64,000 bases of DNA from Clostridia bacterium (GTDB lineage Bacteria > Bacillota > Clostridia > JAAYHZ01): the NCBI GenBank assembly GCA_050950825.1, contig JBMNIH010000010.1:32001-96000 (forward strand), in the 5' to 3' direction. Made by a program: the position numbers and the translations under genes. Shown here in pieces: positions 10,863-20,508 of the stretch (the stretch's first letter is position 1; each line of letters opens with the position of its first letter). The notes under the pieces are model-generated. The model searched no databases, had not been told where the DNA came from, and saw only the letters and a list, made by a program, of their open reading frames with translations.

Positions 10863-11124
10863 ATTTGTAACCTCCTTATATATAGGCGCGAAAATTTTTT
10901 TCAGCACCGGTTATCCGTAAAAAAGCAATAGTAAAATTGTGCAATGAACAATACGTTTTTCACTGCAAAAAAATCCCCGTTTCCGGTCTTTCGAAGTATA
11001 AATGTTTTCCGATTTCTTGTTATGTGCCTGATGATAGTGTATAATATAAGCAGGAATATTTCCTTGACTATCATGCAATTTATTAGTAATATCCTACAAA
11101 ATTCATTTTCATACGTTCTCTCGT

Positions 11125-12024
11125 ATGGAAAAAGAGGTGTTGAAGATGACCCATCACGCATTATATAGAAAGCCCTATTTACCGGATTCCTATTTCCCCA
11201 TCATCATTCGGCGGGTTCGCTATGCGGTCCAAGGTCCTATTTGCGACAGCCATTGGCATGAGCAAATAGAAATATTGTATTTTGTTGAGGCCGATGCGGT
11301 AGTGGAATGTAATTTCAACGATATCAAAGTGAAATCCCGGGACATCATCTATATCAACAGCAACGAGCTTCATCGAATCTACAACCCGGGAGGAAAAGCC
11401 TTGGAGTATTACTGCATCGCTTTTGACCCTTCCTTGATTCAAAGCAGCTTTTTTGACTCCATCAACAGCAAATATATCGTTCCCATCGAAAACAACCAAA
11501 TCCTGTTTAAAAACAGAATCAGCGACGATCCTACCGTTTCTCGATATATCAGCGAAATGATATGGGAGGCGGAAACCAACGAGGAAGGCTATGAAATTGC
11601 CGTAAAAGCCTACGTCTATTTGCTTTTGGTGTGTCTGCTCCGTAGCCATAAAAAAGCGGTACTCAGCAAAAAGGAATCCCGTATTCGGAGCAACAACTTG
11701 GATTGCTTGAACAAAGTCATCGTGTACATAGAAGAGCACTACAACGAAAGGCTTACGGTCAACCAATTGGCCCGCTATGCCGGTATGAGCACATCCAATC
11801 TGCATCTTTTGTTTAAAAAAGCCTCCGGCAAAACCATCACCGACTACATAAACCAGGTGCGGATACAAAACGCCGATCGCCTTTTAAGAAACTCCGATAT
11901 GAACATATCGGAAATTGCAACCGCCGTAGGCGTGGATGACAGCAATTACTTTACCAAGCTGTTTAAAAAGTACAAGAAAATCGCGCCTTCTCAAATTCGG
12001 AAGGCCGAAGGGACCGGTGCTTAA
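11125..12024 (+). CDS. AraC family transcriptional regulator (cupin + HTH)
   Basis: HWHEQIEILY cupin; C-terminal ISEIATAVGVDDSNYFTKLFKK HTH; divergent from the SBP operon. Confidence 0.92.
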   Translation: MEKEVLKMTHHALYRKPYLPDSYFPIIIRRVRYAVQGPICDSHWHEQIEILYFVEADAVVECNFNDIKVKSRDIIYINSNELHRIYNPGGKALEYYCIAFDPSLIQSSFFDSINSKYIVPIENNQILFKNRISDDPTVSRYISEMIWEAETNEEGYEIAVKAYVYLLLVCLLRSHKKAVLSKKESRIRSNNLDCLNKVIVYIEEHYNERLTVNQLARYAGMSTSNLHLLFKKASGKTITDYINQVRIQNADRLLRNSDMNISEIATAVGVDDSNYFTKLFKKYKKIAPSQIRKAEGTGA

Positions 12025-13379
12025 GAAGACAAATACGCTCCCTGCTCGATTAAAATCCTCCGAAGCTCTTTGACGGGAACCTCTTTGGGAATCGTTTGAT
12101 GCTTTAAAGAAAGATACGCCGCAACCCCTCCGCCGTGGCCGATGGCTCCCGCCGTAGGCGTGGTTCGAATGGCCCCTTGGGCTTCAAAGGTAGCCGAGAT
12201 ACATCTTCCTACCGTTATCAAATTTACGACATCTTTGTTCACTAAACAGCGATAAGGTATGCTGTAGACCGTACCGTGCTTAATATGCATATCGTCCTTG
12301 ACGGCGACTTCTTTTCCGTCCGGGCTATGGATATCAATGGGATACCCTGCATGCGCTATGGTATCCTCGAATTTTGTACCTTTCAAAATGTCTTCGTGGG
12401 TCAGGGTGTATAAGCCCTTGATTTGTCGTGAGCTTCGAGCGCCGACCGAAGGGCCGGATTGCAGCAATATCGCATTTTCGAACCCGGGAATTCGGTTTTT
12501 AAAAAAGGTCTCCAGCTCGCGAACTTGCTTTCTCCCCTCGATTTCGGCCTTGGTCAGTTGATCGGGATCCGTCGGATCGTATCCGTAAAGGCGGCTTGTG
12601 TTTATGATGACCTCTCCCGGATTGTTTGTTTCAAAAAACAAAACACCCTCCAACCTTTCCGTGATCTCTTTGTTTTCAATCGCTTTTTCCAATGTTTTTA
12701 CGAAACCGCTTACGGACAGATGGGAAGCCATGTTCACCATCCGGGTGTTTCCTTTCAAATACGGAAATTCCTCCGGATGGTCCAAAACATAAGCTTTTAC
12801 CTTTTCAAGATCCACATTCCCCATCTTCATGTTCATGGTTAAAGGCTGGCATGCACCGTCGGGGACCCTGCCTTTTGTACATTCCACTCCTGCCCATGCC
12901 GACAAATCTCCGTCCCCGGTGGCATCGATAAAAATCTTAGCGCGAATAGGATTGATTCCGGCTTTGTTGCATACGTAAATCGCTTCGATACACTGACCCT
13001 TCTTTTCCACGCCGGCCAACATGGTATGATACAAAACTTCGCCGCCGCTCTCTTGCAGCATCAATTCCATCTCGTGCTTCATCCATTCCGCATCGAAGGG
13101 CGTCACCGTATAGGTGTATCCGATGGTGTCAAAAACATGACCCGGAGATTTTTTCTTTTTCACCATTCGGTCGATCAATTCGGAGGTAATGCCTCGGACG
13201 ACTTGGTCTGCTCCCGCATGGAAAGTCATCATGGGACCTACCCCGGCCATGGTCAGCATGCCCCCTAAAAAGCCGTATTGCTCGACAACCAATACCTTCG
13301 CACCGAGTCGAGAGGCGGCTACGGCTGCGGCAAAACCCGATATGCCGCCGCCAACCACACAAATATCCGTATATCGCAT
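12021..13379 (-). CDS. FAD-dependent oxidoreductase (FAD_oxidored family)
   Basis: VVGGGISG, FIDATGDGDL, YPIDIH, YSIPYRCL, GRCISA motifs. Confidence 0.9.
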   Translation of the reverse strand: MRYTDICVVGGGISGFAAAVAASRLGAKVLVVEQYGFLGGMLTMAGVGPMMTFHAGADQVVRGITSELIDRMVKKKKSPGHVFDTIGYTYTVTPFDAEWMKHEMELMLQESGGEVLYHTMLAGVEKKGQCIEAIYVCNKAGINPIRAKIFIDATGDGDLSAWAGVECTKGRVPDGACQPLTMNMKMGNVDLEKVKAYVLDHPEEFPYLKGNTRMVNMASHLSVSGFVKTLEKAIENKEITERLEGVLFFETNNPGEVIINTSRLYGYDPTDPDQLTKAEIEGRKQVRELETFFKNRIPGFENAILLQSGPSVGARSSRQIKGLYTLTHEDILKGTKFEDTIAHAGYPIDIHSPDGKEVAVKDDMHIKHGTVYSIPYRCLVNKDVVNLITVGRCISATFEAQGAIRTTPTAGAIGHGGGVAAYLSLKHQTIPKEVPVKELRRILIEQGAYLSS

Positions 13380-13426
13380 AAAAAATTATCTCCTCGTACA
13401 TGATCTTATGTCATTTTACCATAAAA

Positions 13427-13711
13427 TCAGATTTCCGAATCCGCCCCTTGCGAAATATCGATCATCTCCGCCGTGGAAAGCACCATGCCGTTGTCCAAGG
13501 ATTCCGGATCGCTGTCTTCTTTCGGGTTATGAAATGCCTTTTTCTCTTGATCTTCTTGGGGCTTTTTATACCCGTCACCGGCGGCATCTACAATAGGATA
13601 GCCGGTCATGGGCGTTCGACTTCCCTTTTTTAAGTTGTATTTTCTTACAATTACAGGATCCAGCTTGTACAGATTCCCCTCGATATTAACGAAAAGTTCC
13701 TGTTCATCCAT
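13427..13711 (-). CDS. Hypothetical protein (94 aa)
   Basis: Strong AAGGAGG RBS, fills intergenic space; no recognised domain. Confidence 0.7.
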   Translation of the reverse strand: MDEQELFVNIEGNLYKLDPVIVRKYNLKKGSRTPMTGYPIVDAAGDGYKKPQEDQEKKAFHNPKEDSDPESLDNGMVLSTAEMIDISQGADSEI

Positions 13712-13881
13712 TTTGCATCCTCCTTCAACATGTTTTCTTTTTTAGGTTTTGTAAAAAAGAAAAATGTATCCGAAAGTACAATAAATATTTCGGCTGTCCG
13801 AATATTATCACAAAAGCTTTATCGTTTTCCCGTGGTATAATATTGCAAAGCCATTTATTCCTGCAAGAGGAGAATAAGGAA

Positions 13882-16596
13882 ATGATAAATTATGAAACCT
13901 CGCTGTTACGTTGGAAGGAAAACAGGGACAAGTGCACCGTAAAAGACTTTTTTTACAAGGAAAGCACTCTGGAGCAAGCTCGACAAGGTTTTTTAAATAA
14001 TCATCCGGTCATGGTTTCTCTTTGCAATAGCATCAAGGAAAAATTCGGATATCTGTTGGAAACGGATTCCGAATACCTAATCCGAATGATTGAAGACACC
14101 ACACCCGGTCCATGCCACATGAATCTGTCTCCCGAACACGATTTCGGTGTTCCCCACGGCGTATGGACGTGGGATCCGAAGGACCCGGACGTCATCGTAG
14201 ACGAAATTACAAAAACTCGATTCCCCAATGATAAGTATCCGGAAACCGGCGTTTTGGAAACGCATTGGGGACGTCCTCAGCGATTCACCTTCTACACCGG
14301 AAAATCCATTCTGTACAACCGCTATCATATCTTTGCAAGCTTCAGCGGAAAGGTTCGATTTTACAAAGTTCAGTACATGACGGAAGCCGCTTACAACCTG
14401 GCCTTTTTGTACCGATTGACGGGACATTTCCCGTACGCACAAAAAGCTCGGGAAATACTGCTGCGCTTTGCCGAAGTCTACCCCTATTGGCTGGCCCACG
14501 GCATGTACGGAGATATCGCCGATATGGACCCGAGGATTGCAGGGCAAGACCCCGCCAATTTACCGTATCCGAGGACCTGCCTGCCTCCTAATGAGTCGAT
14601 CCGGTCGATTCACGTAGGCTATTGGAGCTTAGGAAGAGCCACCGCATCGGGACAGGAAGGAGGAGGCTTCCTGCTGCCCATGTGCATTACCTATTCCCTT
14701 ATCGCCGATGCCGTATCCCCCGAAAATATTCCTCTTTTTACCCAAGAGGAACGATACAAAATCGAAAAGGATATTCTTTTAGAGGGGATCTCTTTGGTTG
14801 TAAACGATACGAAGCTGAACAACAAATCCTGCAGCAACCGCTTCGCCGCTTTGGCGGTAGGTATACTAACAGGCGTAGAAGAGTACATCCGGTTCGGCCT
14901 GGAGGGCTTCTTTAATATCGTGGAGGACTGGTATTTAAAGGACGGCAGTACCTCGGAGTCTCCTTCCTACAGCATGATGGTTATGAACTCCATGTGGATA
15001 GCATCGGAGCTTATCGACGGATGCGAGAAGATAACCCGAGACGGGAAGCCCTTTGACGTATATCGGTGGGATAAATACCGCGCCGTGTGGAAAGGGATGT
15101 ACGATACTTTGCTTCAAAACTGCCAATACCCCCCTAGCGCCGATTGCCGAATGGGCACAAAGCTGTCCCCCTTATATATTCAAGTATTGGCTCATCGGTT
15201 CGGAAATCCGGAATACAAAGCCCTTCTTAAGCAATGTCCCGAAGTCGGCCTTCCTTCAAGAAGCATGTATCATTTTCTTCCGGACCTTGATGAAGCCCCA
15301 AAGCAATACGATCTCATATTCCGAGATCAATATTTTCCCGACTTCGGTCAAGCCTATTTAAGAATAGGAAAGAATAATCAAAAAGGTACCTTCATCCTTT
15401 ATGCTACCGATTGGGGCATTCATCATCATATGGACAGTCTGAACATCTTTTATTATTGGAACGGAAACGAATGGCTGTCCGATTTAGGGTATTTATGGGA
15501 CCAGCCGGAGCGGTATATGACCGTACGGACAGCGGCCCACAATCTGGTGGTTATCGATGAAAAAGACCAAATCCGAGAAGGTCGAGGCGGCGATTTGAAT
15601 CGGTTTGTAATCCTACCCGAAAAATGGAAAATAGCGGACGCATCCTCTCACGCTTACCCGGACGCATCCGTCTATCGTCGGGCGGTGATGCTGTGCGAGC
15701 ATTCCCCGGATCATCATTATATACTCGATTTGTTCCGTGTCCAAGGAGGAGAGGTCCGGGATCTTCTGCTCCACGGTCCCTCCATGGATTACACAATAGA
15801 AAATGCCGAATCCGGTCCTTGGGACGAAAAGCTTCCCTACGAATTGAAAAATGCCAAAAGGCTTTCTTCGACAAAGGACCTGACAATTACTTGGAAAGGT
15901 AAGGACCGAAACCTTTTCGGCCTTCATATTCCGGAAAACGGTAGTAAAAACGAGCGAATTCTCATGACGGAGGGTTGGGGACAAAGAGGCGTCACCGACG
16001 TAGGTGCCGTACTGCCCTACTTAATGAGAAGACATGAAGGAAAAGATCCCCATACCTTCATTACGATTTATTCAAGCTCGGAAAACGATCCCTTCGTTTT
16101 ATCAAGCAGATGCTTCCAAAGCCAAGACGAAAACATGGTCCTTTGCGAGGTTCAAACGCAATCCGGAAAAGACCTTCTCGTTTATCGCTTCGGACCGGGA
16201 GAAACCGTCGTAGACACTCCTTACGGTTCCTTAGAATACGACGGAGCGGCGGCTTGGATTCAAGACACAAAAGATCCTAAGGTCTATTTGTACGGAGGGG
16301 GAGCATTGCGTTTTGCGGGCCGCGAATGGAAGGCGTGTCACGAGACCTTGACAGGGGATATAGAAAGCTTCGACGAGAACGGTTTTTACGTATCCGTACC
16401 CTACGACCAAGCAAAGGATTGGATCGGAAGATCCGTCTATATTCAAAACGACCGAAGAAACACAGGATACTTGGTAAAAGGCATAATCAAAGAAAAAGAG
16501 GGTTCGAAAATTCTCACAAGATCCGAAGACGGCGACGGTTTTTCTTTCTTAGGCGGAAGGTCGTGGAGGATGGATGACGTAACGATTTACGAATAA
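13882..16596 (+). CDS. Heparinase II/III-like protein (putative oligosaccharide lyase)
   Basis: HHHMDSLNI, SDLGY, RTAAHNLVVID motifs of the Hepar_II_III domain; no signal peptide. Start at ATG 13882; ORF track gives 13843. Confidence 0.8.
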   Translation: MINYETSLLRWKENRDKCTVKDFFYKESTLEQARQGFLNNHPVMVSLCNSIKEKFGYLLETDSEYLIRMIEDTTPGPCHMNLSPEHDFGVPHGVWTWDPKDPDVIVDEITKTRFPNDKYPETGVLETHWGRPQRFTFYTGKSILYNRYHIFASFSGKVRFYKVQYMTEAAYNLAFLYRLTGHFPYAQKAREILLRFAEVYPYWLAHGMYGDIADMDPRIAGQDPANLPYPRTCLPPNESIRSIHVGYWSLGRATASGQEGGGFLLPMCITYSLIADAVSPENIPLFTQEERYKIEKDILLEGISLVVNDTKLNNKSCSNRFAALAVGILTGVEEYIRFGLEGFFNIVEDWYLKDGSTSESPSYSMMVMNSMWIASELIDGCEKITRDGKPFDVYRWDKYRAVWKGMYDTLLQNCQYPPSADCRMGTKLSPLYIQVLAHRFGNPEYKALLKQCPEVGLPSRSMYHFLPDLDEAPKQYDLIFRDQYFPDFGQAYLRIGKNNQKGTFILYATDWGIHHHMDSLNIFYYWNGNEWLSDLGYLWDQPERYMTVRTAAHNLVVIDEKDQIREGRGGDLNRFVILPEKWKIADASSHAYPDASVYRRAVMLCEHSPDHHYILDLFRVQGGEVRDLLLHGPSMDYTIENAESGPWDEKLPYELKNAKRLSSTKDLTITWKGKDRNLFGLHIPENGSKNERILMTEGWGQRGVTDVGAVLPYLMRRHEGKDPHTFITIYSSSENDPFVLSSRCFQSQDENMVLCEVQTQSGKDLLVYRFGPGETVVDTPYGSLEYDGAAAWIQDTKDPKVYLYGGGALRFAGREWKACHETLTGDIESFDENGFYVSVPYDQAKDWIGRSVYIQNDRRNTGYLVKGIIKEKEGSKILTRSEDGDGFSFLGGRSWRMDDVTIYE

Positions 16597-16604
16597 AGGC
16601 TTTT

Positions 16605-16642
16605 AAAAAAATCCCTTCCGGCTTTGCCGGAGGGATTTTTTA
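16605..16642. terminator. Bidirectional intrinsic terminator
   Basis: AAAAAAATCCCTTCCGG...CCGGAGGGATTTTTT between convergent genes. Confidence 0.85.
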
Positions 16643-16651
16643 TTCCTTGGT

Positions 16652-17749
16652 TTATATAATTTCAACCTTCGGAGGGCAGATATAGTCATGGAAACGACGG
16701 GCTGTGCAAGCGCTGTCGGCATCTCCGTCATGGAAATAGATTCGGTAGCGATAAACGGCACTTTCTCCTTCCTCCAAAGTACGGCTTCCCGTAAAGTAGA
16801 AGTTATTAGGGGCAAACAACCCGTAGTTACGAATATGCCAGTAAGTCGGATAGTGATCGTTTTCCGGGTTATCATAAACGGCAATTCCCGCAAGATATCC
16901 GTCGCTTATCCCGTAATAATCGCACCAGTGTGCTCTTTTTCCCCAGCACTCTTCTTCATCCTTCGCACCGTAGGAATTGATCATGGTGCCGCCCTTTGTA
17001 ACGTTCATGGTTTCCGCAACGCGGATTCCCAAGGGGCCCGCTTCTTTGGTGGGACCGAAAACAACTTTACCGAAGGAAGCTTTAAACCGGCTTTCGATAT
17101 CCACGTATCTTCCGGAGGAGGGCATATTGTAAAAGGTAAGGGTTCGGAATTCTTCCAAAACGGGATTTCCGTCAAAATCCGTCCAAAGATTGATAGCGTC
17201 AATCGCACCGTATACCGGACCGGATTTGCAGCAAGCCTTCGTTTGTTTTTGTTTTCCGTATCCTTCTCTTTCATTCCAAAAATCGATTCCGTTCACGTCT
17301 CCGATCGCAATCCAGACCGAACGCTGATGAGGATGCTCCTTTACCTGAAAGTCCAGTCGGGTAAACCTGTGGCCGTATGTCCCGATAATAGGTCCTAAAT
17401 ACGGCTTGGCGAAGTTGGAATCGTAAACATAAGATGTAAAGAGCTTGCCGTCAATGGAAACATCGATGCGATTTTCTTGTTGCAATAAGCTTACACCTGA
17501 AGAAGGAAAATCGCCTTGTTCCAAAACGTAGGTTTTTTGCTCTCCCGCCTTAAGAGACACCGTAAAATGCAAAACGACGGCATCCTTATCCGTACTTATT
17601 TGAACGGGAAATCTTTCATTCGCTTCATCTCTCAAGACATGCGCTCCGTCCGTTAAAATGCTCCCTTTTTCCTTCGGCAGAGTAACGGAAACCGGACAAT
17701 CCTGCCTGTCATGACGTCCGGCATTTACAACCAGCTTGATTCCTTCCAT
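16652..17749 (-). CDS. DUF6807 / 'PmoA-like' family protein (sugar-locus associated)
   Basis: KPYLGP, HPHQRSVW, GIDFW, WGKRAHWCDY, WHIRNYGLFAPN motifs. Confidence 0.75.
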   Translation of the reverse strand: MEGIKLVVNAGRHDRQDCPVSVTLPKEKGSILTDGAHVLRDEANERFPVQISTDKDAVVLHFTVSLKAGEQKTYVLEQGDFPSSGVSLLQQENRIDVSIDGKLFTSYVYDSNFAKPYLGPIIGTYGHRFTRLDFQVKEHPHQRSVWIAIGDVNGIDFWNEREGYGKQKQTKACCKSGPVYGAIDAINLWTDFDGNPVLEEFRTLTFYNMPSSGRYVDIESRFKASFGKVVFGPTKEAGPLGIRVAETMNVTKGGTMINSYGAKDEEECWGKRAHWCDYYGISDGYLAGIAVYDNPENDHYPTYWHIRNYGLFAPNNFYFTGSRTLEEGESAVYRYRIYFHDGDADSACTARRFHDYICPPKVEII

Positions 17750-17803
17750 ATTAACATCACATTCCTTTCGCTGTGCTCAAGGCACAAAATAGAATGAAAA
17801 ATT

Positions 17804-17832
17804 TTTACTTAAGCCACCCTCTGTAGTAAAAT
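17804..17832 (+). promoter_or_regulatory. Sigma-A-type promoter in the IS110 left end
   Basis: TTTACT (17804-17809) - 17 bp - TAAAAT (17827-17832). Confidence 0.6.
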
Positions 17833-17838
17833 ATAAGT

Positions 17839-18025
17839 GGGTATGCAGGTATACTACAGAGCACGGGGAGGTGAGTGTGACAACCAAACTTTGAGTTGTC
17901 CGTATATTAACATGTGCCGTTCGCTCTCTCAAGTACAAATAAGTGTGCCATCGAGCACGAACACTAATCTTTGTTTTAAACAAAGCTCTTGTTTATATTG
18001 AGTGGACAGTCAATGCCTGCATCCC
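17839..18025 (+). ncRNA. Candidate IS110 bridge RNA
   Basis: Closing stem GGG-T-ATGCAGG / CCTGCAT-CCC; two internal stem-loop domains (GACAAC/GTTGTC; CTCAA..ATAAG/CTTGT..TTGAG); starts at the predicted TSS; short loop segments match the element junctions. Confidence 0.62.
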
Positions 18026-18049
18026 TAAATATTTACAAGGGTGAGGTTG

Positions 18050-19315
18050 ATGCTTAAGATTGTCTATCCCATCTGTTGTGGAATTGATGTCCACAAAAAG
18101 TTTGTAATTGCCACTATTGCCACCACCAATGATAAAAATGTTACTTCCTATCAAACACGTCGTTTTAATACTTTCAAAAATGATCTAATCGCTCTCAACA
18201 ACTGGTTAGTAGAAAACAAGTGCAAAGATGTCTGTATGGAATCCACCGGAAAGTACTGGATTCCTGTTTTTAACGTGCTCGAGGATTTCTGCACTATTAC
18301 CCTTGCAAACCCGAGATACGTTAAAAATATCCCAGGTAAGAAAACCGATAAGCGAGATTCAATTTGGCTTGCTGACTTACACAAGCATGCATTGGTAAAA
18401 GGTAGCTTTATCCCATCTAAGCCTATACGGGAGTTGCGGGATTTAATTCGGTACAAGTCTAAACTTACCAACGTCTCTTCCAGTGAGAAAAACCGGGTGC
18501 AAAATTCGCTTACAGTTTCAAACATCATGCTTGCCAATGTTGTTTCCGACACCTTCGGCAAGTCTGCTTCCTCAATTATTAAGCACATGATAGAGAATCC
18601 TGATATCATCGACTTTGATTATTCTTCAATGCTCCACAAAAGTCTGAAGAAAAAATCGGATGAAATTGAACAAGCCGTTGCTGGTAAATTCTCTAAGGAG
18701 CAAGCGGCAAAATTGTCTGTATGCTATGAGCACTATAACAGCGTTGAAAAATGCATCGAAATACTGGAAGCTACAATACTCGAGCTATCTTTACCTTTCA
18801 AAGAACAAATTGACATCATCGCTACTTTACCTGGTATTAAGCAGGCATCGGCTACAGCTATTCTTTCAGAAATCGGAACCGATATGTCCGTCTTCACCTC
18901 GGACAAGCATCTTTGTTCCTGGGCTGGCCTTACACCCCAGAGTAATGAAAGTGCCGGTAAGAAGAAAAGTGTCCGTATTAGCCGCGCCGGTGTCTACATT
19001 AAACCTTTACTTGTCCAGTGTGCTAATGCCGCTGTAAAGGACAAGTCCTGCACTGTTTTCAAAAACCGCTATGAAGCGATTAAAAAACGTCGTGGTCACA
19101 AACGTGCTATTATTGCTACCGCAAGAATGATTTTAACCTGCATCTATCACATGCTCTCTAAAAATGAGCCATTCAATCCATTGCTGTATGATGACAATGC
19201 GAAATCTAAGAAGCGTAATCAGCAGGATTCTCTAAGTATTGAGCAGGCCATCGCATTTTTGCAAGCCAATGGGTATACTGTGAATATTTCTGATCTAGTG
19301 GCAATAACAAACTAA
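18050..19315 (+). CDS. IS110 family transposase/recombinase
   Basis: DEDD RuvC-like motifs GIDVHK, MESTG, KTDKRD; C-terminal SWAGLTPQSNESAG with conserved Ser. Confidence 0.95.
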   Translation: MLKIVYPICCGIDVHKKFVIATIATTNDKNVTSYQTRRFNTFKNDLIALNNWLVENKCKDVCMESTGKYWIPVFNVLEDFCTITLANPRYVKNIPGKKTDKRDSIWLADLHKHALVKGSFIPSKPIRELRDLIRYKSKLTNVSSSEKNRVQNSLTVSNIMLANVVSDTFGKSASSIIKHMIENPDIIDFDYSSMLHKSLKKKSDEIEQAVAGKFSKEQAAKLSVCYEHYNSVEKCIEILEATILELSLPFKEQIDIIATLPGIKQASATAILSEIGTDMSVFTSDKHLCSWAGLTPQSNESAGKKKSVRISRAGVYIKPLLVQCANAAVKDKSCTVFKNRYEAIKKRRGHKRAIIATARMILTCIYHMLSKNEPFNPLLYDDNAKSKKRNQQDSLSIEQAIAFLQANGYTVNISDLVAITN

Positions 19316-19421
19316 TAGTGTAATTCCAGTTTCATCCACAGTCCTAGGTATTCCTTAAGGGCTTGCTTTGTTGCGGCCTTCGCGGGTCTTTTTTATTTTC
19401 ACACTAAAACCTCCCGGCTTT

Positions 19422-20042
19422 TTATTGTCTCTTCGTTAAGGTTTTTTCCAAAAAACCGAGCACGATATGTCCCGCCTTTAACATGGTAAATGCCTGCCAT
19501 GCCGTTCCAAAAAGAAGGCAAAACAGGTGTATATAAAGACCTTTGTATGCCAATAAGTTTCCTACAATTATATATATGCATACCACAATTATCGATCTTC
19601 TTTTTAGCTTTTTGATTTTCTCCGGTTTGGTAATCGGTTTATTCGGACTGTCTACCGGGGCTTTGGCAATAACGACCCAAAGTGCAAGCAGCAAAAGAAT
19701 ATCGGTTAAGACATATACAAAGACAGGATCCGCGTTTTGTACCCCTATCAGCTTAAATACCGTAGGCATCAAAACGCTTATTACCACTCCCGTAAGGCTG
19801 CAAATCCAAATCGATGACAAATGAGCACCGCCTGCATTGATTCTTAAGATGCTTACGGAAAAACTTAAAATCAAAGATGCATACAAAGTGCCCAGTAAAG
19901 AAGAAAAAACGAGAATCAAAATCATTACGAAAACAAATTGAATAATGGCCAAAAGCCCGTAAATAATGACTTCTTTTTGATCTTGATCCGCCTTAATTGC
20001 CTCGGCGATCTTTTCTCCTAAATTTTCGGCCAGCTTATACAT
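19422..20042 (-). CDS. agrB: Accessory gene regulator B (autoinducer peptide maturation protease)
   Basis: EVIIYGL, LRINAGGAH...C catalytic His/Cys, APVDSPNKPI motif; multiple TM helices. Confidence 0.93.
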   Translation of the reverse strand: MYKLAENLGEKIAEAIKADQDQKEVIIYGLLAIIQFVFVMILILVFSSLLGTLYASLILSFSVSILRINAGGAHLSSIWICSLTGVVISVLMPTVFKLIGVQNADPVFVYVLTDILLLLALWVVIAKAPVDSPNKPITKPEKIKKLKRRSIIVVCIYIIVGNLLAYKGLYIHLFCLLFGTAWQAFTMLKAGHIVLGFLEKTLTKRQ

Positions 20043-20505
20043 CTTTCCTCTTCCTCATGAACTTAAAGTAATAAACAAGAAATACTTGAACCGCAAGAAT
20101 GATGGTTGACGGAATCGTGTATACCATTCGGGTGTTTGAATCCTTCAAAATCAATTCCATCTTTTCGGGGAATAATAAGTGGATCGATAAAAAATTCAAC
20201 GCTTCCGATATAATTAAAAACAGTACCAACATCAAAGTACCGTTAATAACCTTGGTAAGCGGAATTTTTGCAATAAGATTAAAAATGACCACCAAAACGG
20301 CCATGGTGATGAGTAAGCTCATGCCGTATCCTGTCATCTGAAGAACGGACCGAGATATAAAAGTAACGATCATTAAGATCGCCCAAAGTAAAAGCATTTC
20401 ACCGGTTTTCGGCCTCTTTATATCGCAAAAATAATAAACGCACAAAGCGGCAAGAATTGATTCCGGCGCTCCTTTTACAAGTATTTCCCAAACACTAGTT
20501 TCCAT
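20035..20505 (-). CDS. Small multi-TM membrane protein of the agr operon
   Basis: 156 aa, about 5 hydrophobic helices, overlaps agrB by 8 nt; no catalytic domain. Confidence 0.75.
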   Translation of the reverse strand: METSVWEILVKGAPESILAALCVYYFCDIKRPKTGEMLLLWAILMIVTFISRSVLQMTGYGMSLLITMAVLVVIFNLIAKIPLTKVINGTLMLVLFLIISEALNFLSIHLLFPEKMELILKDSNTRMVYTIPSTIILAVQVFLVYYFKFMRKRKDV

Positions 20506-20508
20506 TCC

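Larger units (their letters stand above)
17779..19407 (+). mobile_element. IS110-family insertion sequence (long left non-coding end)
   Basis: Single DEDD recombinase, ~270-bp upstream and ~90-bp downstream non-coding ends, no terminal IRs or target duplication. Boundaries inferred from a shared AA dinucleotide; could be off by a few bp. Confidence 0.82.

Noticed and set aside
16652-17749. Particulate methane monooxygenase
   Set aside because: Soluble protein with no TM helices and no pmoB/pmoC; the 'PmoA' family label is misleading.
17866-17880. IS1111-style subterminal inverted repeat with 19399-19415
   Set aside because: The match is gapped and about 90 bp inside the left end, and the long non-coding region is upstream of the transposase (IS110-group layout). 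Kept only as possible RNA guide sequence.
17777-17983. 68-aa minus-strand ORF in the IS110 left end
   Set aside because: TTG start with no RBS; overlaps the structured RNA candidate.
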